Under the pieces are notes generated by a model, which did not search any database, was not told where the DNA came from, and saw only the letters and a list, made by a program, of their open reading frames with translations. DNA of 63,131 nt, counting the filler, from Rozella allomycis CSF55 (Eukaryota): the NCBI GenBank assembly GCA_000442015.1. It is 13 parts of 13 records of this genome, joined end to end, with 100 filler letters (N's around TTAATTAATTAA, not from the genome) between each part and the next. Parts side by side here need not be neighbours in the genome. Positions count along the whole stretch, not along the records: positions 52,264 to 55,901 come from KE560997.1; positions 56,002 to 57,803 come from KE561000.1; positions 57,904 to 61,737 come from KE561001.1; positions 61,838 to 63,131 come from KE561002.1; 9 more parts are not named here. One strand, written 5' to 3'. The first letter of the stretch is position 1. The number at the start of each line of letters is the position of its first letter. The translations under genes and the position numbers were made by a program. Of the stretch, positions 52,264 to 63,131 are shown piece after piece.

Positions 52264-55200
52264 AGTCGACATAAAGCGACGTTGATTGTGTGCCCGCAAG
52301 TTATATTGTCGCAGTGGGCGGATGAGATTGAATCAAAGGTGAAAGGGTTGAAGTTTATTGTGGCGAGTTGTGTGAGTGGATTGAATTTGGGGAGTGTTGA
52401 TGTTGTGTTGACGACGTATGAGGTGTTGAGGAAAGGGATTCATTATACGTATGGGCCGAGAAGGTTGCGTGGAGGGAGAGTTGTGAATAATTTGAAAAAG
52501 AATGTGTTGATTCAAACAGGTAAAGATGATTGAGGTGAATAAAAAGGTAAGAGAGAGTAAATTGATTGAAACAGAATGGTGGAGGGTTGTGTTTGATGAG
52601 TCACAAATGATAGGAAATCCCAATGCAGTGGCATCAGGTATTGAATGTGAGATTGAATTTAGTAGAATTTGCATCACATTTGAAGATGAAGAATAGATGG
52701 TTGGTGACTGGAACTCCACTAGGCAAAAAGTTGAATGAATTGTGTGGATTTATGAAATTTCTAGAATTTGAGCCACTGAATGAACTTTCACATTTTAGAA
52801 ATTTACTAAACTATTTAGAAAACTCTAAAAATTTAATTTTGTGGAAGAAATTTGAAGAAACGATAAATTTGATATCATCTAGATTGACAAAGAAGATTGT
52901 GAGTGAAGAAGTGGAGTTGCCTGGCCAGAATATGATTGTAGAGAGATTGACGTTTTCCAAAGTGGAGGATTATTACTATAGGGGGATAGTGGAGAGATGT
53001 TTAGAAGAGAATAAAGGCGAAATGGTGAATTGGATGCAGCAATTGAGGCAGGCGTGGTAAATAGAATTTATTTTGAATTAAAAGTGTTCATCCAACGTTG
53101 GGGGAGAGAAACAGTCGAGAGTTTTCAAAGAAGAAGGAAACTTTGAGTTTGAAGAAATGTTTAGAAATTATGATTAAAAATAATGTGAGTGAAAAGGAGA
53201 ATAATGAGAGAAATTTGTGTCAAGAAAAGTTGAAGATTGGGATGGGATTTGAAGTGAAGAATGATATTGAAAATTCATTAAAATTTTATAGAGAAGCGAA
53301 AGAAATTTGTGAAAAGAAGATTCAAGAATTTGATGAGGGGTTAGGAGAAGGGGTTGAGGGGGGGGGTAGAGGGGGTAGAGGTTGAGGGGGTAGAGGGAGA
53401 AGTGAAAGAAGATGAAGTCAATGAAGTCAATGAAGTTAAACTAGATCAAACACTCGATGAAGTAAATGAAGAAGATGCTGGGTGGTTGAAGATGAAGAAT
53501 TGGTTGAATTTACTTTTCCAATGTTACTTTAATATCGCTAGTTTGAAGATTGATGAGAATGAATCGAATGAAATGTTTGATGAAGCAGAAAAGATTAGAA
53601 CCAGGGTATTAAAAATAGCTGAAGATTCAATTGAAAATAAAAAGAGAAATTTAATTAATTTTTATTCAAATGAAAAGATTAAAGAAATTGAATTTAAAAG
53701 TCCAAATTTTGATGAGTTTATTACAAGAGATTATTATAGAACCCTTGAAGTATCTAGAAAAGTTTTAAATGAAATAAAAAAATGCAAAAAAGAAATTTTA
53801 GAAATATTTGAGAAACCCTTGTTTGAAAATTATGAAGAATCTGCAACGTTTCAAGAGAGGGGAAATTTAATTCAAAATTATTATTCAATTCTAATTTCTA
53901 AATTTCAAGAATTATTAAACAGCGAAAATGATGTGATTGACTTTACTTTTATTGAGGGAGTTGAAGAGAGGGAAGGGGGAGAGGGAGAAAGAGGAGAGGT
54001 TGAAAGGGGAGATAGAGAGGGAGATAGAGAGGGAGAAAGTGGAATTAACGTTGAAAGAGAGGTTAGTGTTGGAGTTGACAGAGAAGTAGAAGACCACGTA
54101 GTAATCACTGCTGATGGTCAATTGAAGAGAAAAGATGAACAAGTTCATGAACAAAGAAAAAAGTTTAAACCTAACACGGATTCAAACTCTAGTGGTTCAA
54201 ACACCTTTACAAATAACTTAAAGTGCTTGCCGTTTCATAGATTAATTTTTAATTTTCAACAATTTGTTTTAAAGAAAACTTCAAAAGAAGAAGACGAAGA
54301 AATTTCAGAAATTGATAAAATGAATTCTGAAATTTCTCAAATTGAAATTCATCAAATTAATTCTGAAATTTCTAAAATAAGAAAAGAGTTTGTTAATTAC
54401 ATTAGAGAATACAATTTAATCAACAAAATATTCAATTCTAGAATCATCTATTTCAAACAACTTCAATCTCTATCAGACAAGGTCACTCTGCCTCAAGTTG
54501 ATGACATTGATGACTTTGTCAATCAACTCTTGTTAAACACTCAAAACACTTTTGCTTTAATCAATCAACAAGAAGCCAAAATTAGATATCTTTCAAATCT
54601 TCAACAATTAAATCACAATGATGAAATTTGTGTCATTTGCAGATCTAAATATGAAAATGGTTTATTAACTGAATGTGGAGTAAATTTTATTCTTATTTCT
54701 CATGTAGCATATTGGTTGTACCAAGTGTATGACGGCTTGGATCAAATCTAAAAATAAATGTCCCGTCTGCAACGCTTCAATCAACCAGAAATTCACTCTA
54801 GTCTCAAACAATGAAATCTCTACCAAAAAACCAAAATATCTTCCGCCTCCACAATTCAGCACCAAAATTGATTTTGTTGTTCGTTCCATCCTTCATTTAA
54901 ACAAAACTGATCCCGATGCGAAATATCTCGTATTTTCTGAATGGGATCAAGCTCTCCATCTACTACAGAAAGCTCTATCTTCCCACAACATTAAATCAAT
55001 CAGACTCGAAAGAAAAAACAACGCCGTCCACCAATTCAACGTTGACGATTCAATCAAAGTTTTCATCCTGCACGCCAGAATGCAGAGCGCTGGGTTAACT
55101 CTCACAAGAGCTACTCACGTCTTTCTATTAGAACCATGCTTAAATCCAGCTCTCGAAAAGCAAGCTATTGGTCGAGTTCACAGGTTTGGGCAGAAAAGAG

Positions 55201-55328
55201 AAACTTTTGTTTATAAACCGTTTGTTATAGATACTGTGGAAGAGAGAATTTGTAATTCGGATTTAACTGATTTGAAGGTTGATAATTTGCCAATTGATTT
55301 TGTTTCAAACGTCATTTTTGGTGATTAA
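52264..55328 (+). CDS. SNF2 helicase-RING E3 ligase, SHPRH/Irc20-like (5' truncated)
   Basis: LIVCP..QWADEI, LTTYEVL, WWRVVFDESQ, VTGTP, RING CVIC..ECGH..C..C..CPVC, AGLTLTRA, QAIGRVHRFGQ. Confidence 0.88.
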
Positions 55329-56139
55329 TAAATAGTTATTTTATTTTAAAGCGTTTCTTTCAAAATTGAATATTTTAATTATTTGAATATCAAGTCCACA
55401 GAATTCTCCATTCAGTCTGGACCAAAGTTATGTGGATTATTATTGCAGTCCTTGCTCTATTAATTGTTTAAAACAGTCACACTTGACAAGACCAAACTAG
55501 TTTTCTTAAATGAAAAAGTCAACCCACAAGGTCTTTTTAAGTCTGTTTTACTAGTTTTAAAAGACCTGAGACATTACACTTTTGACTGCTCGTACTACGG
55601 ATTACTCATGGTTTTCGTCAGCGATTGACACTTTGACTAACATTTGACTGTTTATTCCATATTTTTATTTAGTGGGCATTGAAAATAGTTGGCGGTAAAA
55701 TTGAAGTTTTGGTCTTGCTTTGTCCAGTTATCCAGGAAAATTGTTTTAAATTTAGTGCTTGTCTTGGAGATTGTTTCACTAGTTTTAAAAGTCCTGAATG
55801 TTCCTTTCTCGTTTTATCAAGCGACTCCTAGGTCTAGGTTTCTTATTCCTGTTTAAATTTCTTATCATGTGGTTTTAAATTATGGGTCTTGTTGCTTCAC
55901 TNNNNNNNNNNNNNNNNNNNNNNNNNNNNNNNNNNNNNNNNNNNNTTAATTAATTAANNNNNNNNNNNNNNNNNNNNNNNNNNNNNNNNNNNNNNNNNNN
56001 NTGTTTCAACTTTAAATTCAAACTTTGTAACTTTGTCCTTTCACGAATTTGCTGAAGTAAATGACCAGGGTGAAAATGTGTTCAACCAAGAAACTTCTAA
56101 AATTCAATGAATTACCTTTAACGTTTACTTCTTTTTAAA

Positions 56140-57800
56140 TATGTGTTAGTTATCACTAGAAGCACCTTAATAGCTTTGTTAAGGTTGTGAACTCTATGAT
56201 ATCGTCAATGACCTTGGCAGGGCATTGTCCAGCATACCTTATCCATATCCATATTGGGTCTTCATGAATGAGTATGAAATCTATGTTAGTTATCAATAGA
56301 GAAACCTTAATAGCTCCATTAAGGTTGTGAACTCTATGATATCGTCAATGACCTTGGCAGGGCATTGTCTAGCGTAACTTAAGATTCAGATCCTCAATGA
56401 TGGATGTTATCATTGTATTCAGTACTACTGATAGTACCTTAAGATATATGTCAGGGAGTTAGTACCCATGCTATCGTCATAGACCCTCTCTGGGTCAGGA
56501 ATGGAATAAAATATGTACGAGCCAGCAAAATCTCTCTTGCCAGCCCACACCAATTTTCACGCGTAAAATACAGTGCAAAAATAGGCAAAAAACTGAGATT
56601 TACACTTCCCAGCCCAGTTTTCTAAATTTTGCCAATTTTGTTTACTCTTTACGGCCCACTGCTTAAGTTTTAGAGCCCACTTCTAAGCCATCAAACCTCG
56701 ATTTATCTACTAAGCCCATAATGAAATTAGATAAACTATAAATAATAATGGTTTTCTAAATAGCATAAAGACGCTTTGGCATGATGGCTAATGTCATGTC
56801 CTGTGTCTGCCTGTTCTTGGGTTCGATCCCTCGTAACGTTATTTTGCTCTCCTTTTCCCTCCTTTCTTGGGCTTTAAAACGAACAAGTTCACGCGAGGTA
56901 AAAAGTGGGCTTATGAGAGTAAATCGATGGGCTGAGAAAAATATGTGACCGTCAGGAATGACATTACCCCTTTCCAGTAGCTGGAGGCATTTACTGATTT
57001 TGTAATTTCCTATCTGTTTCGATAGTTCCATTCCTGAAAATGTGATTGTTTGAAGTTAGTAGATATAATAATGTGTAAGCGAGTATCATTCGGAATGATA
57101 ACTTGATTAATATATGGGTGTTCATGTGGATATAATAATGTGCAGTGCGAGTATCATACGGAATGGATAACTCGATTATTATGTGGGGATAATTCGCAAG
57201 GATAATAATGTGTAAGCGCAGTTGTGACTCGGAGTGCACAATTGATTATTATTTGCGTAATAACGTGTGGCGCTATCCTTATCATGCGGAATGATAAAGG
57301 ACGTAGTATGAACAGGGATTATATTTGGGATCATTATCTGAACTGTATTCGTCCGTGTGTCCTCTCAAGATCTTTTCCCGGTTTTCCGAAAGGATTAGGA
57401 TTAGTCTAATTAAATTAACGTTAATTGTTTTTGTGTATGATTTCACCATGAATTTCTTATTTCTGACCTAATCGGTCTCTTTTGAGGTCTCTTTGTTAAT
57501 CTTGATCTCTTGGCATTCTCAACCTTAATCGTACTGGTCGCGGCTTTTGCAAGTTGATTATTCTAAGATGTGTGGGATGAGAATCCCTGGTACGACATTA
57601 CCCCCTTCCAGTAGCAGGAGGCGTTTAAGATAATGAAATTTCCTATCAGTTTCGATAGTTCCATTCCTTAAAATGTAGATCTTGGAGGTAAGTGCACCCG
57701 TTTCCCGTAAAAATCNAGTTTCGATAGTTCCATTCCTTAAAATGTAGATCTTGGAGGTAAGTGCACCCGTTTCCCGTAAAAATCCTGGTAATTTTTTCCG
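56140..57800. repeat. Non-coding block of imperfect direct repeats
   Basis: ~95-nt repeat (56143/56283), ~60-nt units 57068-57240, ~85-nt repeat (56960/57594). Confidence 0.7.
56770..56840 (+). other. Degenerate tRNA-like sequence
   Basis: A-box-like TGGCATGATGG, B box GGTTCGATCCC, partial D and acceptor stems. Confidence 0.35.
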
Positions 57801-57903
57801 GTANNNNNNNNNNNNNNNNNNNNNNNNNNNNNNNNNNNNNNNNNNNNTTAATTAATTAANNNNNNNNNNNNNNNNNNNNNNNNNNNNNNNNNNNNNNNNN
57901 NNN

Positions 57904-59860
57904 TCAATGTTGCAGCAAACTTTGGTAGAAGTAGATTCCCCCACAGTTTCTAAAATTATAAGTCAGTTGGAAAACTTAGTAACGCTGGCTGACGTGAAGC
58001 TTCTTAGGCCGATCTTTTCAATGCCTCTGAATATGCTCAAATTGCAGTGGTAAGCTCTTTGAGATATTTGAACGTTCTCAATACCTCGCTTCTGGCAACA
58101 GCCTTGACATCGACCTATATGAATGTATGCGTGGAGCTTAGTGACGATGGACANAGCGGCAAAATGACATTAGAAACTGTAGCATTGGAAAAGAATGGGA
58201 AACTTGTTTGTCAGTTTTGGCTAATGGATGCTAAACTACGAAGCAAATGTATTGTTGAGCAACAGGACTGTCTTTTAAATTTTGATGATCCGCAAAGTAG
58301 AATGAATGTTGATGAAAGTACGGGTACTGAGGAAATTAAATCACTAGGATCTACGACCCCAGATTTTTTGATTGTCTCCGAAGACTATCCACCAAAAGTA
58401 AAATCAACTATTTTTGGAAATCATAGGTAATTACAGAAGAGCCGTTAACCCTGGGCAGATCTTTTGAATTGTTGTTTTCAGAAAAGGAGACAAAGAAACT
58501 TTTAGACGAATGCAGCGTAGTGTTGTAATAGTCTATAGNTGCAGCAAAAATGACATTAGAAACTGTAGCATTGGAAAAGAATGGGCAGATTTAGCTAATG
58601 GATGCTAACATACGAAGCAAATGTATTTTTGAGCAACCGGACTGTCTTTTAAATTTTGATGATCCGCAAAATAGAATGAATGTTGATGAAAGTACGGGTA
58701 CCGAGGAAAATAAATCACCGGGATCTACGACCCCAGTTTTTTTGATTTTCTCCGAAGACTATCCACCAAAAGTAAAATCATTTATTTTTGTAACTCATAG
58801 GTAATTACAGAGCCTGTAACCCTAATTACAGAGCCGTTAACCCTGGGCAGATATTTTGAATTGTTGTTTTCAGAAAAGGTGACAAAGAAACTTTTAGACG
58901 AATGCAGCGTAGTGTTGTAATAGTCTATAGTTCTGTGTAGCCACTGTATTCAGATAAGCGAAATGGTTACCCACAAAGTACTGTTCGTACTTAATGCGCA
59001 GTGCTGCAATAGTGGCTATGGACTATCAGCAAGGTTACGACATTGTCATTCCATTGCTGCTTCCATCTGAAACATTCACGGCATACAATACATAAAAATT
59101 AGAGGAAGGCACAATTGGTGCTTTTGTGATTCAGGTAAAAAACAGAAAAGACGAATTTAAGACAATTGACGATACCTACCATTTAACAGACCATTACTGA
59201 AGAATCGGCTTAGATTTAGGCGACGTTACTTTTTTTGTTAACGTTAACTTTTAGGTAAGTATAAAGTGTTTAAATATGGTAACATTTAGATATCTTTTAT
59301 ATAAANGACGACATTGTCATTCCATTGCTGCTTCCATCTAAAACATTCACGGCATACAATACATAAAAATTAGAGGAGGGCAAAATTTGTGCTTTTGTTA
59401 TTCAGGTAAAAAAACGGAGAAGACGAATTTAAGACAATTGACGCTACCTACCATTTAACAGACCATTACTGTAGAATCAGCTTAGATTTAGGCGACGTTA
59501 CTGTTTTTGTGAACGTTAACTTTTAGATAAGTATAAAGTGTTTAAATATGGTAACATTTAGATATCTTTTATATAAAGCCAACAAGGTTACCAGACAACA
59601 GACAAGAATTTCACCATCTATTTTCCAGTTCAAGGTAATAGGAATACATCTAACATTTTCACACGGATTGATCCTTATTTTGTATTCCATGTGTGATTCA
59701 CATAAACTATTGTTCCGTAAAATCATAAGTCCAAGAAGTCTCATCACACCTGAAGCACCTGTGTGTCTGGTTTCTTCAAGCGTCGATATGTCTGTGTTGG
59801 ATTATTTCAAAGACGATACGTTACCCGTTTATTCTAAAATAGATAATATATATTCATGAA
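57904..59860 (+). pseudogene. Pseudogenised restriction-endonuclease-fold (Crinkler-associated type) gene fragments, duplicated
   Basis: PLTLGRYFELLF..IVLCSHCIQ..RSAAIVAMDYQQGYDIVIP..AFVIQVKN with stops and frameshifts. Confidence 0.55.
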
Positions 59861-60689
59861 CCATTTGGCTTATCGACAACTTATTTGTTCACCAGACACG
59901 ATGCCAGTGAATGTCAAAAAGATATTTACAAAGAATANACATAAGTCCAAGAAGTCTCATCACACTTGAAACATCTGTGCCTCAGGTTTCTTCAAGCGTC
60001 GATATGTCTGTGTTGGATTATTTCAAAGACGATACGTTACCCGTTTATTCTAAAATAGATAATATATACTCATGAACCATTTGGCTTATCGAAAACTTAT
60101 TTATTCACCAGACACGATGCCAGTGAATGTCAAAAAGATATTTACAAAGAATATACATTATCTATGCCTCATAGCGAGAAAAGGCCTTTCCATAATTGTT
60201 TAAATCTTTTTGGGCGGGAAACAACCCAAACAGAACTTATGGTAATTATCTTTGGAAACCTATTGTTTCAAGTAGATTGGCATGGAATGCCAAAGTTGTT
60301 AAACGATAACAAAACGACGGTTTATCGGCTAGCTACGCAGCTTTAGAAACGGATTTGATAGAGACTGCACGAGAAATTTTCACCAAATTAGAAAACGTAT
60401 AATAGATAGTTTTATAATTGTTTTCTAGTATGTCTGAACAAAATTGTTCCAAAAAGGCAATACTAGCTTTGGAGTGTCCAATGAATGTACTCTTCACAGT
60501 CATAAATGGCATCATTATTATGGTTGTTAAAACAAATAAAAAACTGGACGTACCAGGGTAAAGAAAAAAATTTTCACGAAATTTATCTTTCGACTTATCA
60601 TTAAATTCAACAGCCTCCGATAATAAAAATTCTTTCATGTAGCTTATCTGTGTGACTCCTAATGTAGATCGATGCTTCTCAAATAATCC

Positions 60690-60820
60690 TTTATGTAAGC
60701 CTTTTGTGAAGTATCCGCGACCATGTCTTCAGTGTTTCAGCTTTCAACTTTCAAATCACCATTCTCATATTTATCTCTACTAAAGTGTAACCTTGTGTCA
60801 ATATGTTTCGTTCTTGAAGG
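60690..60820 (-). mobile_element. Ty1/copia RNase H C-terminal relic
   Basis: SRTKHIDTRLHFSRDKYENGDLKVES*NTEDMVAD. Confidence 0.75.
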
Positions 60821-61837
60821 ATTTTTATTGGTACTGACGAGAACGTTCGCCGATTAAATATTATCTTTGATGGGCTTCTCTTTATAACCGAAAATCATTG
60901 CATGCAAGAAATAATATATGTGCAATGCTTCTATTATGCCAACCAGAGCTCACATTAACAAAATACGAAAAGACGAATTTCGGTCAATCTTGAAGGTTGC
61001 GTTGAGGTAAGTGCTAATATTTCAGATTTGTTAACCGAGAGTGTAGTTGCAGACAGTCTAGGAAGTAATTACAAGGATCCGTGTGGGAATGTCGACTATA
61101 TGTTGAGGAGTGGCTCAAAGTATTGCTCTAGTTACGATCCAAAGGAGTATGTCTCCAGATATTGCACGATTTATCAGCCGACCATGACTGGAATGACCAA
61201 ATGTATGTATGAGTGTATGAGCCGCAGCAGTATTGTCTATATTGAGATACAGGGCCTTGATCCGCCTAAAAGTCCACAAAAATGGTTTATTTTCTTACCA
61301 GTAATGGAAATGTAGAAGAAAGTAGTCTACGATGGTGGACATTGTTAATGTGCTTTCCAACTTTTCTATTGCTGGAACAAAATCATGTGACGAGGTGCAA
61401 ACAATGTACGTGACAGTAAATGTGTTCCGATACTACAAGTAGTATGAGAGAGCAGGGAAACAATCGCGAAAATAAACCAAGTTTGAGAAATTTGTAACAA
61501 GCTACATATTAAAATAGCCAATATAAATATTCCACATTCGTATAACTTTTCGTTGTTGTTTGCATTGGATGACGCGGCCGTGTTGTTGAACTAGAAAAAG
61601 ACGGGTAGAGAAAATGTTGCGTTTAGAAGCTTTAGACGGGCCGCAAGGATTTTTCCGTCTTCTATATTTTGTATTGTTTTAGATCCGTCTCTAAAATAAC
61701 TGAATACATTCCACGTTTAGTAGATGATCCGTCTATANNNNNNNNNNNNNNNNNNNNNNNNNNNNNNNNNNNNNNNNNNNNTTAATTAATTAANNNNNNN
61801 NNNNNNNNNNNNNNNNNNNNNNNNNNNNNNNNNNNNN

Positions 61838-62567
61838 TCATTAAATATAATACATACCGATATAAAGCCAGAAAACATTCTTTTTATACACGATCAATTC
61901 ACCGTTGAGCCAAACTCATCGGTAAATATATCATTGCAATTTTTTTAAGACACTCGGTCATTACAGATTGATGAGCAATACCAAGATAGTACTAATAGAT
62001 TTTGGAACTGCAGTATACAACAGTCAACACAATTATCATAGCATTGTATCCACTCGCTACTATAGACCTCCCGAAGTTATTCTCAGTAAACAATTTTATT
62101 TAGATAAAATGAGCTCGGATGGACATTTGCGTGTGATATCTGGGCTGTTGGTTGTATTTCAGTTGAATTATTTACTGGAAAATTGTTGTTCAAGACACAT
62201 GACGATATAGAACATTTGGCACTAATGGAGAAAATTCTTGGCCCATTTCCAAAAGAGATGATAGAATGCGTGGATCAATCTTCATTTAAGAATTTCTTTA
62301 CTAAAAAATACAAGGTTAATAGATCTGCCTCAAAAAATGTTGAAGAAAAATACGTAAACAATGCAAAGACGATTCAAGTAAGGGTTAAGAGTCAAGAAGA
62401 TAACAAAGGAACTTATAAACCCAAAGATAAAATTTGAATACCATTTTCTTGATTTGATTAAACAATTGCTAAACTATAATCAAACCAGGCGAATATCTGC
62501 GTTGGCGAGTATATCTCACCCTTTTTTCCATTCGTCAACATCTTTTTCATCCAAAAATTTTGAATAA
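61838..62567 (+). CDS. LAMMER/CLK family protein kinase (5' truncated)
   Basis: IHTDIKPENIL, IDFG, VSTRYYRPPEVIL, EHLALMEKILG. Confidence 0.9.
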
Positions 62568-62668
62568 ACTTATCTACAAATTTAACCTAATGCAGTTTCA
62601 AATTTAATCATAACAAAGATATTTTGAAATGTTTTACTGAAATCCCGTTTAGGAATTTTGTGATTCCG

Positions 62669-63131
62669 ATGGTTTCAGAAGCGTCTAAATGTCCGGTGAA
62701 TCATAACCAGGAAATTAAATCTTGTCCTATTGATCACAATCAGAATGAATCAATAAACCCATTAACCCAAATGCCATATTCGAGCACTTTGGAGGCAGCA
62801 TCATCTGTGACGGCAGAAGATTTGTCTAATTCGCGTGAAATGTCTACAATTCCCAGAGGAGATACAGAAAAATTGTGGGAATATCCATCGCCTCGAATGT
62901 TTTATAATGCATTGCGAAGAAAAGGCTACGAAACAGATCCCGCAGATGTTGATATGATGGTCGATGTTCACAACTTTTTAAATGAGGGAGTTTGGGACGA
63001 GGTGATGAAATGGGAGAAGAAATTCCATTGGTAATTTGTTGTGAATTAATTTGATAGTGATTGTGAATCACCAGAGTTGGTAAAGTTTAGAGGAAGAGCG
63101 AAAGATTTAACACCAAAAGCAAAGTTTTATA
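62669..63131 (+). CDS. Holocytochrome c synthase (heme lyase), runs off the window
   Basis: CPV/CPI heme-regulatory motifs, REMSTIPR, WEYPSPRMFYNALRRKG, HNFLNEGVW. Confidence 0.92.

Noticed and set aside
53340-53385. Frameshift in the SHPRH-like gene
   Set aside because: Falls in a G homopolymer; likely a sequencing error, not programmed frameshifting
60333-60638. 101-aa ORF downstream of the copia RNase H relic
   Set aside because: No motif to support an env-like or other call
61028-61315. Cys-rich 95-aa ORF
   Set aside because: No clear start or family; may be a decayed gene
61595-61737. AGACGG/CCGTCT short inverted motifs
   Set aside because: Possibly a transposon subterminus, but truncated by the gap and too short to support

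Overview
AT-rich, gene-dense eukaryotic DNA from a draft assembly. Contigs are joined by N-TTAATTAATTAA-N spacers, and many single-n junctions are flanked by slightly divergent duplicated sequence (probably uncollapsed alleles). Fungal-type housekeeping genes, flagellar genes (WDR92, WDR60-like), Crinkler-like relics and tiny introns point to an early-diverging zoosporic fungal parasite such as Rozella (inference). About 25 genes are recognisable (PUF6, FAD1, GCV2, SUB2, URK-like, Reeler, WDR92, MGAT1, REV3, mL58-like, SGT1, WDR60-like, GNAT, two GATA factors, TFG1, ABP1, MED14, NPR2, PPH3, CAP2, NHA1, paladin-like, SHPRH/IRC20-like, LAMMER kinase, cytochrome c heme lyase), plus Ty1/copia relics. 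The most striking signal is in splicing. Nearly every coding intron I could resolve is about 26-33 nt. The longer coding introns are head-to-tail chains of 2-5 such GT...AG mini-introns with no exon between them, a candidate recursive ('ratchet') splicing system whose junctions are preserved between divergent copies. Three frame-required mini-introns end in TG instead of AG. Together this suggests a length-measuring spliceosome. Other candidates are an intronless bacterial-type GNAT/LuxI-FeeM-like gene, a GnT-I, a probable pseudo-uridine kinase, tandem CX2CX21CX2C GATA factors and a secreted F-box-like LRR protein. All calls come from reading the sequence by eye; no searches were run.
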